The notes below the pieces were generated by a model that was given only the letters and a program-made list of their open reading frames with translations, was not told the origin of the DNA and searched no databases. A stretch of 64,000 nt of DNA from Balanoglossus misakiensis (taxonomy: Eukaryota; Animalia; Hemichordata): the NCBI GenBank assembly GCA_040954595.2, contig CM082585.2:9784564-9848563 (forward strand). Reading direction: 5' to 3'. Positions within the stretch are counted from its first letter, which is position 1. Every line of letters begins with the position of its first letter. The position numbers were made by a program, and so were the translations under genes. Below are positions 36,391 to 48,800 of this stretch, piece after piece.

Positions 36391-37867
36391 CTTAAAAGAA
36401 AGATGGTGATAAATATGGTAGTTTACATGACTTTTTTTCCAAATAAGGTAATACTTTTTCCTAATATGGAATTCAAGCAGTTGGTTACATAGTCTTGCAA
36501 ACAATAAATAAAAACTGGGTAATTAATCTATGAGGGTACCATAAAATCACCACAGAATAGCACAATAATGATTTCTGGCTATCATGGTTTGTAACTTTGA
36601 AAATCCTTCTGAATATTGGGCAAACCTGCAAAGAATTTCAGAGGGAGAAATGTAACAGCAAGCAATAATATCAGAAACTTTACACGGGGGATAAGTTTCT
36701 GAAAACATTTCGGGAAAAACATGAAATTACATGAAGACGAATTGTGTTTGTATCACATTTTCCGGATACTATGATAATCTTAAATATTGGATGGCTGTAC
36801 GTTTGTACGTTTAGGCATTTTTCACAAGAGAGCTACAATAACTTCACTTCTTCTGAAGTTCAAAACAGAAAACTGTATCAGGCACTTTGGGGAAAGTAAT
36901 AAATACTAAGTATTGATCTATAGATCAGTGAAATTGGACAAAATAAGTATTTTAAAAATTCTAGGGAGTGTAGACAGAAAACTACTATAGTGGTGGTATT
37001 TTGATACAGTAAGTATTCATCAATTATCATAGTACTGGAGAATTCTTTAGGTAAAGTATACAAAGTATTTTACAGAAGTCGCTGTAAGCTTAAGCTTACC
37101 CGTAAGTAAGTGTCATACACAACCGACATGAAAATTCTGCTCAAAAGAGATCAGTCCTATTCTCAAAACATTCACAGGATGATGAACACATCTTGCAAAT
37201 GATCCAAGACTAGGCGAAGATCTTTAGTACACAATAAATTGTACAAAAACCTGCTATTCCAATACGCATGAAATAGCCCAGAAAAAAAGACAAAAACTTG
37301 AAGGCTCTGGAAGTTGTAAGTGGAAGCTGTGTGAATGAGTAAGTATAAAGCCATTCTCGTCAAACAACTACACAGCGGCACCATGGGAGAAAAATAAAAG
37401 AATTTTCTAATCTTGTCACTAGAGGGAGTCAAGCAAGAGCACACTGCAACCCAAGAATCTGAAGGAAAAAATCAGTTGCATTTTATGGCCATAAGTATTT
37501 AAGCAAATCACAACATAGCTGCCAATATAGAGCCATGATTTGTAAAAATCATCACATAATTTCTACTGAACGTAGGATTTGTGGGGAATAAAAAGAAAGA
37601 ACGACCAATACAGCTCTGTATCATGAAACTAAAAACTTCAACAAGTTAATGCATTGCTTTACATTAAATAATGGTTATCAAAAACTTGTAAATGTTTTCT
37701 CTCCACCACAGGCTCTTCTAAAAATCCATCATTCTTCAAAGATCCCTCCAACCTGTCCACACCTCTGGTCATGTGGAGTCTACCGCACAGTAGTATATTC
37801 TCTTGAGAAATGGTGGACCGTACCACTATCACATAGGGTTGTGCAGGCCGGGTGGGCAGTATCGGGT

Positions 37868-38076
37868 TCACGACAACACACAAATGCACGCCACTAATGT
37901 GACAAACGTCCACAAGGCTGTCCTTAGTGACGTGGCGGCAGAATTCCCGTTGTCGCGCACTGAATTCGCGGATTCCTGCGGCACAGTTATTGTCTCAAGT
38001 TCAATGTCCGACCCGTCTGCGTTGCTATTGACAATTGTTGCTTTCACAAAACTGGGATTCCTTGACCTGGAGTCGC
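37868..38076 (-). CDS. ANOS1: Anosmin-1 terminal exon: polar stalk + hydrophobic C-terminus (GPI-signal-like)
   Basis: Minus strand ttcacag|GC...TGA. Ends ...RDNGNSAATSLRTALWTFVTLVACICVLS*. The frame follows from the preceding exon. The 12 exons total 2001 nt. Confidence 0.8.
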
Positions 38077-38218
38077 CTGTGAAGGAAGAGAAAAATACAA
38101 CCGAATTAAGCTTGTTTTAAAAAACAGATGTAATGCACCAGAATTCTAGAAATGTGGCCATGCATCTTTTGACACGTCTTCGTTTGAGGTGGCCATAAAA
38201 TCCAGAAATCGCACTCAC

Positions 38219-38360
38219 CTGAAAATGGCACTGCCTGTATGGCGGGTGTCTTAAATTCTCTCATCGCTATGTCACCATTTCCTGACTTGCCGTAGGCTTG
38301 TACCTGGAACACATACTGGGTGTTCGCTTTCAAATTCTGTAGGCTGTACGACAGTGAGTC
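38219..38360 (-). CDS. ANOS1: Anosmin-1 exon, FnIII-4 C-half
   Basis: cgcag|GAC...G|gtgagt. Encodes SYSLQNLKANTQYVFQVQAYGKSGNG. Confidence 0.9.
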
Positions 38361-38593
38361 CTGCGAGTGAAAACATCAGAAATCTTAGTCTCCTCGTGTG
38401 TGTTTGGTGTTTCCTACAGAACAGTCTGCAGCAGTTTGTGTGTGAGAATTTTTTCCATAGTGGACTTATTAACAGCGCCAATACATATGGTGTTGTCATC
38501 ACTGTTGCTTCTTGCTCAACTTTGCTTGTAAACATGGAACCCACCCACCCCTGTCACCACGACAACATCAGCAGAAACATATCAACGACTTAC

Positions 38594-38832
38594 CTGAGGT
38601 AGAAAACGGTATACTTCTGTCCGTCGGTCGATGACCGGGAACCCTTCTCGTCCCTGTAGTCCCTCAGGAGGTGGCATCTTCTCTGCCCAAGTGACTTTAT
38701 ATCCAGATATCTCTTCACTGCCTTCTGGCAATTGAGGAGGTTGCCAGTGGAACTGAGCAGTCATGTTTGGCGTGTTTTCAGCCACGACGAATATGTAAGA
38801 CACCGATTTGGGCCTCGGTAGGATGTTCGGCT
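38594..38832 (-). CDS. ANOS1: Anosmin-1 exon, FnIII-4 N-half
   Basis: tttcag|...CAG|gtaagt. Encodes LPRPKSVSYIF...AQFHWQPP...ISGYKVTWAE. Confidence 0.9.
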
Positions 38833-39179
38833 CTGAAAAACAAAACATTGAATGACAAATTTAACACACAGATTAACAAAAGATTTTAACATTTGTATGG
38901 CGATATTACTGTAAGAGATGCACACTTTCACAGATCACGAATTTAGCCATAGAGCCAATATGAAGCAGTCTTGGGTTCTGATTGGATGATTGCTCTGTCA
39001 ATTCGCTCTTCAAACAGGTGCACACCAGGTGCATGAATGCTATTAACCTATAAGAGACCTCCCAGGCACTTCACACTAGCTTAGTGCGAAGATGGCCCCC
39101 TTTAAGAAAGACAATAATGGGCTTGAAGCAATCTGCAGTGATTACAAAGTCAACAAGTGTGAACTATGCACTACTGTAC

Positions 39180-39351
39180 CTGGTGCGGAACAATTTGGAT
39201 GCTGTCGTCCCTTGACCATGACTGAAGAGCAATTAGGCGTGTAGAAGTGCACCACAGTCTCCGGCCCCAGGGCGCCATTGGTGCCGGCCGGTTGCACCTT
39301 CACTTCATACTTACAATTGAACTCCAATCCAAAGATGTCAAATAACTTGTC
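39180..39351 (-). CDS. ANOS1: Anosmin-1 exon, FnIII-3 C-half
   Basis: aaccag|GAC...G|gtacag. Encodes GLEFNCKYEVKVQP...HFYTPNC, the anosmin-typical L.F.C.Y.V.VQP..F.TP.C. Confidence 0.9.
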
Positions 39352-41655
39352 CTGGTTAACAGGAGAAAGAAATATAATCAATTTTCGGTAAAAAGAAATG
39401 TTGTGTTCTGCAATAAACCACTGTGCAAAATTGTTTCTCAAATTTCAGACACTGAAGTTTTGAGGTACATGTACATGTACAACCATTGCTGTTTAGCTGG
39501 AGTAAAAGTGTGAATACTTTTGCTGTTATCAGCTCACCACCAGACCCAATGCTTTGGACATCTGCGGTGGCCTATTGAACTGAAAATCTACCACTTTGGT
39601 GGTCTATTTTTGGCGCAGTTTTAAACGCTGTTTGTTCAAGATCATTGCCTTATCAGCGATATGTGTGGGTTGCTGGGCAAGTTCAAGTTTCCAGGGACAG
39701 GAAGTGATACCTGTATCAGGTTCAAGTGTCATTAACAAAGGTGTTGCCTACTTCAGTCAGCCAGCCAGCACAGGAAGTACAAACCACATTTGAACAAAAC
39801 TATCGCATTTGGCACAAATTAAATTTGTTCCTAAAAATGTCATTTTTCTAAGATATTTTGGATCAAATCTAACAGAAATATTCGTTTCCTTTGATGTAAG
39901 AAACAATTTTACACAAATGTTATAAAAATGTGAGAAGTGTTGACGAAAATGCTAAAGACATAAGTAGATGACAGATTCACAATATGGTGGATTAACAGTG
40001 ATAGTTCGATGGAGTTTCAAGTCAATATGGTTTATACATTAGATGTAAAACTCAAGACATTTCAATGACCAAAAAATAATGTGGTTATACGGATGGACTC
40101 GTTATTACTGTTTAAATTCTTCATGCAGACTACGAGATGAATAGACACAGGCGTCCACATTTAAAACACAAGGATATCTTCTATTTAGTTTACAAAACTT
40201 GCAAAAAAATACCAAAAATAAAAGAGCAATATAAACTGATGGTGAAAATTAGGATGCAGGCGTTTTGTGACTTGAGATGTGACAATGTTTGGGACACATT
40301 TCACATGCAGGGAAGGGTATCACTCATAATTATATCACAGCCTCTGAAAAAACTGTGGGGTTCAAAGTTCAAACACTCATGCCCAGAATGCAATGGGGTC
40401 AATTGCTACCCACCAGAATCAGAGAACTTGAAGAGTTTTGCCTTCAGGCCAAAATATTATGAACTTTAAGAGCTATATTCACAATGTGACAAGCTGCTGA
40501 CCAATAATTTTGCAGCAAGATCTAACCCTCAATGCAACCATCTTTTTTTTCAATATTTGCAGCATGAATGCTTGAACCAAGAAAAGCTAGCCATGCACAA
40601 TTTTTTTCTTCATGATCCCACTTACAAGGCTCGTTGCCCCATTCATCCGCCGACGAGATTTTTCTTGATGCTGAACAACAGAAGTCAAGATCATAGAGTC
40701 CATTTTTTTGAGTCACACGAAAATGTATTTATGTTCATCATGCTTTTAGTCTTATATTTTCTATCGTTTTATACACTCTAATGAGAATGAATGACCAAAC
40801 GCCATGCAATTTCATACACACATGTAATATTACTTAGAACCAGTTTTGACATTAAAACTAAGGGTCGGTAAATTAGTAACCCTTAGCTACCATTTTTTTC
40901 CATACATGGTTTATATTTTCCATACTTTCAGTTCATTTTTGAAAAGCATAGCCAAAGATTTTCCTGTCGTCAAAACCACATTCCAAGAGGAGATTTGTTG
41001 ACGATGATTGACTTTTAGCAGACAGAAGAGCAAAAATGCAAACAAAAATGGCAGCAGAAGGGTGTCAAACGCATGCTACAGGGTCTTGGGGTGGGGGAAA
41101 TGTCACCAGCTCCACGATGGAGAATCTTGCATCGACATGCAAACACACTTTCAGGGATCTGAACACAGAAGATCTAACATGACAATAAGCTTGTTCATCC
41201 CTACTCTCCTGGGTGATGGTATGTGCTACCCATAACTTACTGAGAGGGTTTGTCCTATTTTATTGGGAAGACGGGGGTGAAATTACCAAATGAAGCACAC
41301 ACTTGTTCTCACTTCTGAAGATATGTCAGTGAAATTTTACAACCTGATCATTAACTGACCAGTGAAAAATATTTTTAAACTTTTGCTCAAACACTTCCGT
41401 GACAATTACAGAAGTAAGATCAAGTGGTTTAAGGGATTAGTTTTATGATTAATACTGACTGTGAGAGATAAAGCTCAAAACCCAAGCTCTGGTGGCAGAG
41501 AGGATGATGGGAGATAAAAGGGTTGGGTATAGGGTACGATTTTTGGATGGATGGGAATAGGATTGGAGAGGTATAACTTAGGTACAACTGTACAGGGAGG
41601 AAAGAGAACCAGGGTTGGGGAGGGTGGCACTTTTACAAGTGGTGGAGATACTTAC

Positions 41656-41747
41656 ATGTGATGTTGCATCATGAGTTTCAGGTAGTTGAGATCCGATACA
41701 CGTGTTTGTTCCCCAGTAGATCATGAAACGGTTCGTCTTTCCACCGC
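41656..41747 (-). CDS. ANOS1: Anosmin-1 exon, FnIII-3 middle
   Basis: tcacag|...CAT|gtaagt. Encodes RFMIYWGTNTC. Confidence 0.85.
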
Positions 41748-41976
41748 CTGTGAATTTTGAACAAAACTTTACAATTACGAGGAAGTACAACAGTAATGTT
41801 TGTCCAGGCAATCTTGCTTGTTAGAGATTCTATTTGTCAAGTCAGTCGCAAGTCTTATTGGCTTAGAGAGCGCATGCTGATGCCAGCATAAAAAGTACAA
41901 AACCACAGTGACATATCATCAGCGCTTGGTGCTTTAATAACCACTTGTGTGAGGGTTAAGACATGAATGCACTTAC

Positions 41977-42120
41977 TTCGTGGCTGACCCCAGCGAACTG
42001 TCGCCTTGAGATCATTGTGATGCCAATATGGCAATTCCACAGTCACTCCTTCCAGTGGACCTGGTGACCCGAGAGACGTCAGACCGCTAGGCGACCACGG
42101 TTTGTGGTCCGGTGCCTCAT
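41977..42120 (-). CDS. ANOS1: Anosmin-1 exon, linker + FnIII-3 start
   Basis: tgtcag|...A|gtaagt. Encodes VTVELPYWHHNDLKATVRW. Confidence 0.85.
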
Positions 42121-42262
42121 CTGACAGTAAAAGAAACAGAAGATTGTGTTGATTTTGACGTCACTATGTTAATTAGGCTTTGGTGTTTGGTTTTACTGCA
42201 GTCAAAGAGCAGAGAAGCACTTAACACAAAGTAAGGGGAGTAATTTTGACAGATAGACGTAC

Positions 42263-42613
42263 CTGCTTGGGCAGTGAGTGGTGTCTGGATGGTCTTCTCA
42301 GCCCGGTTGCTCCGAAGCCGTTTATTCCCCCACTGAGAAAACGCTTGGACTTGGACGAAATACATGCTGTCCGCGAACAGGTTTTCCAGCTTGATGTAAT
42401 GCTGGTCCCCGCTGACATGTTTCCTGTGTTCGTTTAACTGTACGTAAACAGAGGAGACTGAGCTGAGCCGGGGACTGTAGTAGACCCGGTACCGCTTTAT
42501 GGGAAGATCGCTGTGTTTGGGGTCTTCCCACATTATGTAGGTGTGCACTCTCCCTCCGGCAACCTCAGATTTCCCCTGCGTAATATTCCGCGGTAGACCT
42601 GGTGGTTCCGGAT
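42263..42613 (-). CDS. ANOS1: Anosmin-1 exon, FnIII-2
   Basis: gttcag|...G|gtacgt. Encodes DPEPPGLPRNIT...SDLPIKRYRVYYS...YFVQVQAFSQWGNKRLRS. Confidence 0.93.
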
Positions 42614-43036
42614 CTGAACAAAACACACAAGAACATGCACATCAAATTCAGACACATTTCACCACTTTAAATTTAATATGAGTGGCATATCTCTATTGGG
42701 TACTGTGGTCAATTTTTACCACCATGACTAAGGACAGAAAGCTTAATTTTCTTATACGGTGGGGGTATCATTTTAATACTGAAACAGTGAAATTTTAAGA
42801 ATAACACAGCCTAGCAACAATGGCTGCACAGCATGACCTAGATTTTCAAATATGGCCAGTCACACAGCTGACAGTGTGTCTCATTTGCCGACCTTTGACC
42901 TCCATTTCCAAGATGGCTGCTTAGTATTCATCAGGCTTTATATTCAAAGCAACCGAACACGTGTGGGGCTACTCATTAGTATTGCTGAGCACAACAGTAC
43001 ACTCATGCCCACAATCCAGCAAGTCATTTCACTAAC

Positions 43037-43166
43037 CTTTCTCTAATCGCTTCGGCAAACTGGCTTCTGTGAAGCCACTTGTGCCGTTTTCATTGACAGC
43101 TGCGACGCGAAACTCATACCATCTCCCCGGCAGAATTCCGCTCACCACAGCCGTGTCATCTGTTGT
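43037..43166 (-). CDS. ANOS1: Anosmin-1 exon, FnIII-1 C-half
   Basis: tcacag|...G|gttagt. ILPGRWYEFRVAAVNENGTSGF matches the recalled anosmin P.RWYQFRVAAVN..GT.GF. Confidence 0.93.
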
Positions 43167-43345
43167 CTGTGAAAATAATAAAGAAATAAAAAACATCATT
43201 ATCAGTTTCCCACTGCACATCTGCTTCAAATAACATCTACAGCCAAGATGCTTGATAACGAAAACATATATTAAACTTATCTGAGCCACAAAAATGTACA
43301 AACAAGTCAGTTTGCCTACATACAAGATTGGTGTCAATGTTTGTA

Positions 43346-43416
43346 ATTTGACCAATCAAAGCATAGACTGTCGATACCCATGTGACATGTATTTGACCAA
43401 TCAAAGCATAGACTGT
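43346..43416. repeat. 45-bp-period intronic duplication
   Basis: atttgaccaatcaaagcatagactgt is identical at 43346 and 43391. Confidence 0.85.
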
Positions 43417-43455
43417 GGATGCAGGAAACATGAAGTGACAACATCAGCTTCTTAC

Positions 43456-43646
43456 CTGTGCAACAGTCTCCCAGTCCCACATGTGACTGTGGCTCGCATG
43501 TACTCCGATATTCCCCCTCATTTCCAAGGAGTAGACGATCACCCCGCTGCCGTTGCTGGCCGGAGACAAGCGCCACGTCACAAGGAACGAGTTTTGATTC
43601 CTGTTTTCGATGATTAACGGATGACTGCTCGGCAAGGGTGGCCTTC
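43456..43646 (-). CDS. ANOS1: Anosmin-1 exon, FnIII-1 N-half
   Basis: caacag|...CAG|gtaaga. Encodes FLVTW...VYSLEMRGNIGVHAS...WETVAQ. Confidence 0.9.
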
Positions 43647-43928
43647 CTGTTGATGCAATGGAACATACAGAAAGTGTGACATACAGCAAAGATGTGGGAT
43701 CATTTTGTCTGATATTCAGCTATAATAAACTCTGGCTGGAACAAAAGTCCTCTTTTACTAAACCCCAATCTGTGCACACACACATACATAAATGCATGCA
43801 TGTACGCACACACAAGCATGTGCATGTACATGCACACACACGCACACAATGTATTTTCAAAATCGTAATTGAAAGACAGTGCCAGACAGTGACAACATAC
43901 AAGATAAGAAAACAGAAAGCCTGCATAC

Positions 43929-44142
43929 CTAGAATAGGCGTGATCGGTGCCTGACAAGTATGGCCACATCCATTGGTGCAGCATTTGAAATTCCCATCAC
44001 ACTCAACATCTTCCGCACACTCTTCCACACACGCAGCAGCAAACTCCGTCGCCAAATCCGGGTGCGGACACTCCCCGGGTTTGTTTTTGTGCATTGTTTT
44101 TATGGCTTCACAACTGGAAAAACACTCATCTTCATCTAAACT
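43929..44142 (-). CDS. ANOS1: Anosmin-1 exon, end of Cys-rich region + WAP domain
   Basis: ccacag|...G|gtatgc. KPGECP...FAAACVEECAEDVECDGNFKCCTNGCGHTCQAP is a WAP four-disulfide core with the anosmin FAAACV motif. Confidence 0.95.
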
Positions 44143-45798
44143 CTGTGGGCAGAGAGAGAAAAAATTGTTAAAATTAAAATCGATCTGATGAAATAAATGT
44201 TAAATGTGAAAGATACAGAATAACAAATTATTGGTGAATGATTTTTAGTTGGCTAGTTGAAATCATACAACTGCCCAAAACTCTGATTGGCCAAGGCACG
44301 TCACATGGTCATATTAAACTGATATGACTGGTTCACTGATGTCACATGACTCCAGTGTCACTGTCCACTCACATTCATCCGACCGACAAGGAGGCCCACT
44401 GAGGCTTGCTAGAATAGCCACTTACATAATGTCGGGCGTAATCTGATACCCGATTCACCTCCTGAATCGGGCTCTTCTGTAGCCATTTTACCTCGTGAGA
44501 AAGGTCAACAATTGCAAAAGTAATATTTAGGGACAGAACTGTACTGTCCGAGTGTGGTCAAGCATGAAGTAACATTGGAGTCCGCAACAAACAGTTAATT
44601 GAAATCACATTGATTCCAAAGCACGCCACGCAACCTTTGTCGGTCTTATCATATAACATTTCGAAGGACCAGACAAAAAAATTAACACTGCAGAAGAATA
44701 TATTAACAGAAAATAATATGCCAGAACAAGTCTAATCTGACTTCAATCATGGTGTCACTTTATTTTTTGAAAATTTCCTGAAAATTTAACAAAAAAGTGT
44801 TTACTTTGGAACCATGTTTGTTCTTGCTGTCTATGTAAATTAGAAAGAATTTAACAAAACTTTTACGCATCGAAGATTGTTCACTTCACTGATCACAAGT
44901 CTTACGGAAAGAGACACACAGACGTATTCGACTGAAGTCTTGAAATACGGTGGAAATTCATTCAGAGCTTGGGGAATGCAAGGGTCTACCATCAACACCC
45001 CTAAAATTAAACCATCCACAAACACTGAGCGTTGCAACATGTCGGGCGACGATACGCTTCAGAGAACAAAACAAGACATCATGGTTTCTAATCATTTGCT
45101 TGAACACCTGCGATATGTAATTACAATATTTTTTTCTATTCCCGCCAACAATGGCGGCTTTCTTGGTTGTCGGGAGCACACATAAGTTCATTTTATGAGC
45201 TCTCTTGAGGTGTGTGGTGTTAAGACCGTGATTTTTACATATCTCAGTTTCCCTCAGATCTCTTGTGAGATGGTTTATGAGGAGAATACATATGAGAATC
45301 TACACTCAGAAATGTTTAATGTCAGAAATCAGAATATCAGAAATGTTTAATATTTTATTTTGAACATCGACAACACATGGTATGTACATTGTACCCCCAT
45401 TCTCGAAAACTAGGTCAGTTTCTAATTTTGCTGCGTATCATTTCCATTAAATTGACGTCAGTGGGTAATTCTATCTCATTTTCATTGCTTGTTTTTCCAG
45501 AGAACAGGAAATTTGTTTCAGCTGAAGGCCCAGCACGTGTCTATAAGACTTCGCCACTCTGAATACGTTCGACGTTTTCCCTCATTAAAATATGTTTATG
45601 ATGGAAAACTGATGCAGTTCATCGCATGTACTTTTCCTAACTTAGCCCTCGACGGAACTCACGGTCAACGAAATGGGGTAAACAGGGCAGGTTCGAAAAC
45701 ACTGTCCACTGCACCAGAAATAATTGTAAATTGTCTGTTGAAATGGTGTCATCTTATCAATCTTGCAAAAAAAATACTTGAAGAAACATTTCACTCAC

Positions 45799-45858
45799 CT
45801 GACATTTGGACATGCATGTTGAAAGATTTTTGTACATACTCTGACACGGCCTCAAACA
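45799..45858 (-). CDS. ANOS1: Anosmin-1 60-nt exon, Cys-rich domain
   Basis: ttcacag|TGT...CAG|gtgagt. Encodes CLRPCQSMYKNLSTCMSKCQ (cf. vertebrate CLEPC...CQSFC). Confidence 0.85.
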
Positions 45859-48800
45859 CTGTGAATAGAAAAAAAAGAAAGACTTGTTAAGTGGTTAAGT
45901 CCCCTGATGATTTCCCTCTTTTAATAGTGTGGATTTTCGATTTGCAATTCACTTTGTTATACAATGTACACCCAATTCCAGCCTGGGAAATATAAGACTG
46001 TTGGTAAGCCTTTCTGACTTTCTGTATGGTGTCATCCACGTGATTGGCCAAGACTGCCAGCTGTTGCCATGGCAATATGTAACTACAATTGGCACCTGCA
46101 TCACTAGAAGTGCAGCAGATGGATGCGACGGTATGAACGTGGGTGGTTGCTATGGAGATTGTACAGGTAACAGACGACCAACCAAAAATGAGACAATTTT
46201 TTTCTTTATTTGTCAAAATTTTGTGATGGCCACTGTCCATGCGAGCAGCACGTTAAGTCGTACCAAAAACGTGACAGTTTACATATCACCAGTCTAACTG
46301 GCTTCTTCAAATTTCAATCTCTCTACACTACACCACAACAGTCAACTGTCAGTTGGCATCGCACCAATTCAATCGGCCTTGAGACCCCTGAAAAGTATGT
46401 ATGTCAATATTATCACTGACACACAAGCGCTAAACCTGATGTACTGTCATCGACATATGTGTGTGAACAATCTGCCTCACTTTCATTGTGTACAGATGTA
46501 CTGGCACACATCGAGAGAACTAAACACAGCCGTTATCACAGACACAATAACATGTAATGATATATTCCAGACAAGACAGATATAACACAGATGCAAAATA
46601 TTGTTTCTTGTTTTATTTAAAGACAGGTGCACTGAAACAAACTTAGCTGAGTGCATCAGAATGAATTGTGACAAAGTTCTCCCAGTCTACAATCAAGTTT
46701 TTGGCTTCCATGTTGCCTCTATGAATCAATCAGTGCGTCATCATTTGCTTCTTCTTGTCTTTCTATATGGACTTAGATTCATTAGCGTTTTGAGACATTA
46801 TGGTTTTGACCAATCGCATTGTGACAGTAACCCCGCCCCCTTTCAACCATAACCAGGACACACAGACATCCTGAAGGTGTTGACCTTTAACCTCAAATCC
46901 CCTCAGCCCTGTCAGTACCAGCCTGGCCACTTTATCTCCACTCAATGATGTGTTTCCATGGCGACAAATGGAGGGCACAGTACCTTAGAAACGAATGAAT
47001 AGGCTTACTTTGCTTTTCATTTTCGTCTTTTTTGATATAGTGGTAGATCTAGTTTTTTTTTCAACCAAAGTTTGCTGATGTTCTCCAGGTGAGAACGAAC
47101 TGCTTTGTGAAGAATTCATTTTGCTGTGATCCATTACATTGAACATCAATTAAACAGCTTTTTCTTTCAAGTATTGAGCCGCTTCCCAATTAACTCTCAG
47201 CATTTCTTGCTATTTCGTTATTTCAGGAGATAAAAAGCCTTCAGCACTCAACTTTTTTTCTCTCTTTCACTCAGTCTCAACTTTGTCAGTGCTACAGCTC
47301 TGATACTAAGTGCAAATGGATCAGTGGAAGAAACAGACCTTTGACAGATCCTTTCAAAATGCTTTTAGCCTGGATAACTCTGCTACAATGTTTTCATTAT
47401 GGCATTCATGTATAACACACTTTGAAGATCAGAGAGATGCAATATCTTTCAATCTCACTCTTCAAGATTGGAAACACTTCACACAAATTCATCAGAGGAT
47501 GAGATCTACCATACAGTGTTTGAAATTCAAAATGGCTGCCAGAATTTGTGTCGGCTGAAAACGTCTCAGTCTATGCAAAGATGGCAGCAACGCTGTGATT
47601 TTGTCTGTCATCGCTTGGCAGTTGAGAACTATGAAGAGGCCAATTTACATGTCACACAGAGAAGGAACTGTTCAGGGGTTAAACAGACCTTAAACCGACA
47701 CATACATGATCAATATCGACGTATATAACCAATAAATCTTCACTCATTAAAAAAATATGACCTCAACTTCCACAGTAACAAATTTCACATCTCCCTGCTT
47801 TGATAGCATGCCTAAAACACTTGGTGAATTAAAATTCTTGCCCCGCAATCGACAAAGGTGTGTCCTAACAAGTTCCGTTTTCGGTCACCGACAATACGAC
47901 ATTAAGAACTGTGATCCTGGTTTTCAACCACTTGTAATGCCATTAACATATACTTTTTCAGATCCTCAGCATTCTCCGAATAAAGTCCAATAAATAAATC
48001 TCCGACGCTAAAGCAAGTGTTGAGTTTCGCTGCTAATATTTCAACAAATCTCTCAAAAGAATCACACACAGACAAGACCTGTACACGCTCCTAGGAAGAC
48101 TTTGCTGAGGTTCTTTTCAATTCAAATTTTCTGGTGGGCAAACTATTTAACTGATTGGTTTTAAGATCATTTTACAGATTTCATTTCTGCTGATGTCTCC
48201 GCACGAAAGACAATCCGGAAGTTGTCTGACCAAAACCGGTCCTAAATTTGGATCAGCCCACAGCTGCGGTCGATGTTGGTGGGCCGCGGCCAGACACTAG
48301 GTTCAGATTCCCGCCAATTTTGCAGTTGACTAGATACAATCAGGCAAAACACTGCCAGCAGAAATTTTCTGAAAAGTGAACCATTTAAATCATCATCTCC
48401 AAACTGTATTCAAGAGAGAGAGAGAGCTTTGTAGCCGGCAATTTAAACATTATGCATGAAAGTGGAGAAAATCGTGCAATTTTCGACCGAGAGTGATGGA
48501 AATTAGCCCCGCGACCGATACCCACGGTCGGGAAAGCGTGGCCAACCTCAACCTTGCCAGATGGAAACATTTAACACGGCCATTTCACACGGAAAGAGCT
48601 AGTTAACCTAAAAAGCCGACCCAATCATATGGGGACAGATTTATTGCTTCTTTTGTTGGCCTTCACAAAAACTGACCAACACAAATGGCGACGGGAAATC
48701 ATTCCCTCATTGTTCGCGAACCTTATAATTGCATCCAATGCCTGAGCCACTCACATTCCTTCACTTGGGGGGCTGGACATGTGGTTACACGAGTCTTAAA

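Noticed and set aside
48255-48315. tRNA or tRNA-derived SINE (GGTTCAGATTCCC, B-box-like)
   Set aside because: No convincing A-box, cloverleaf or second copy in the window.
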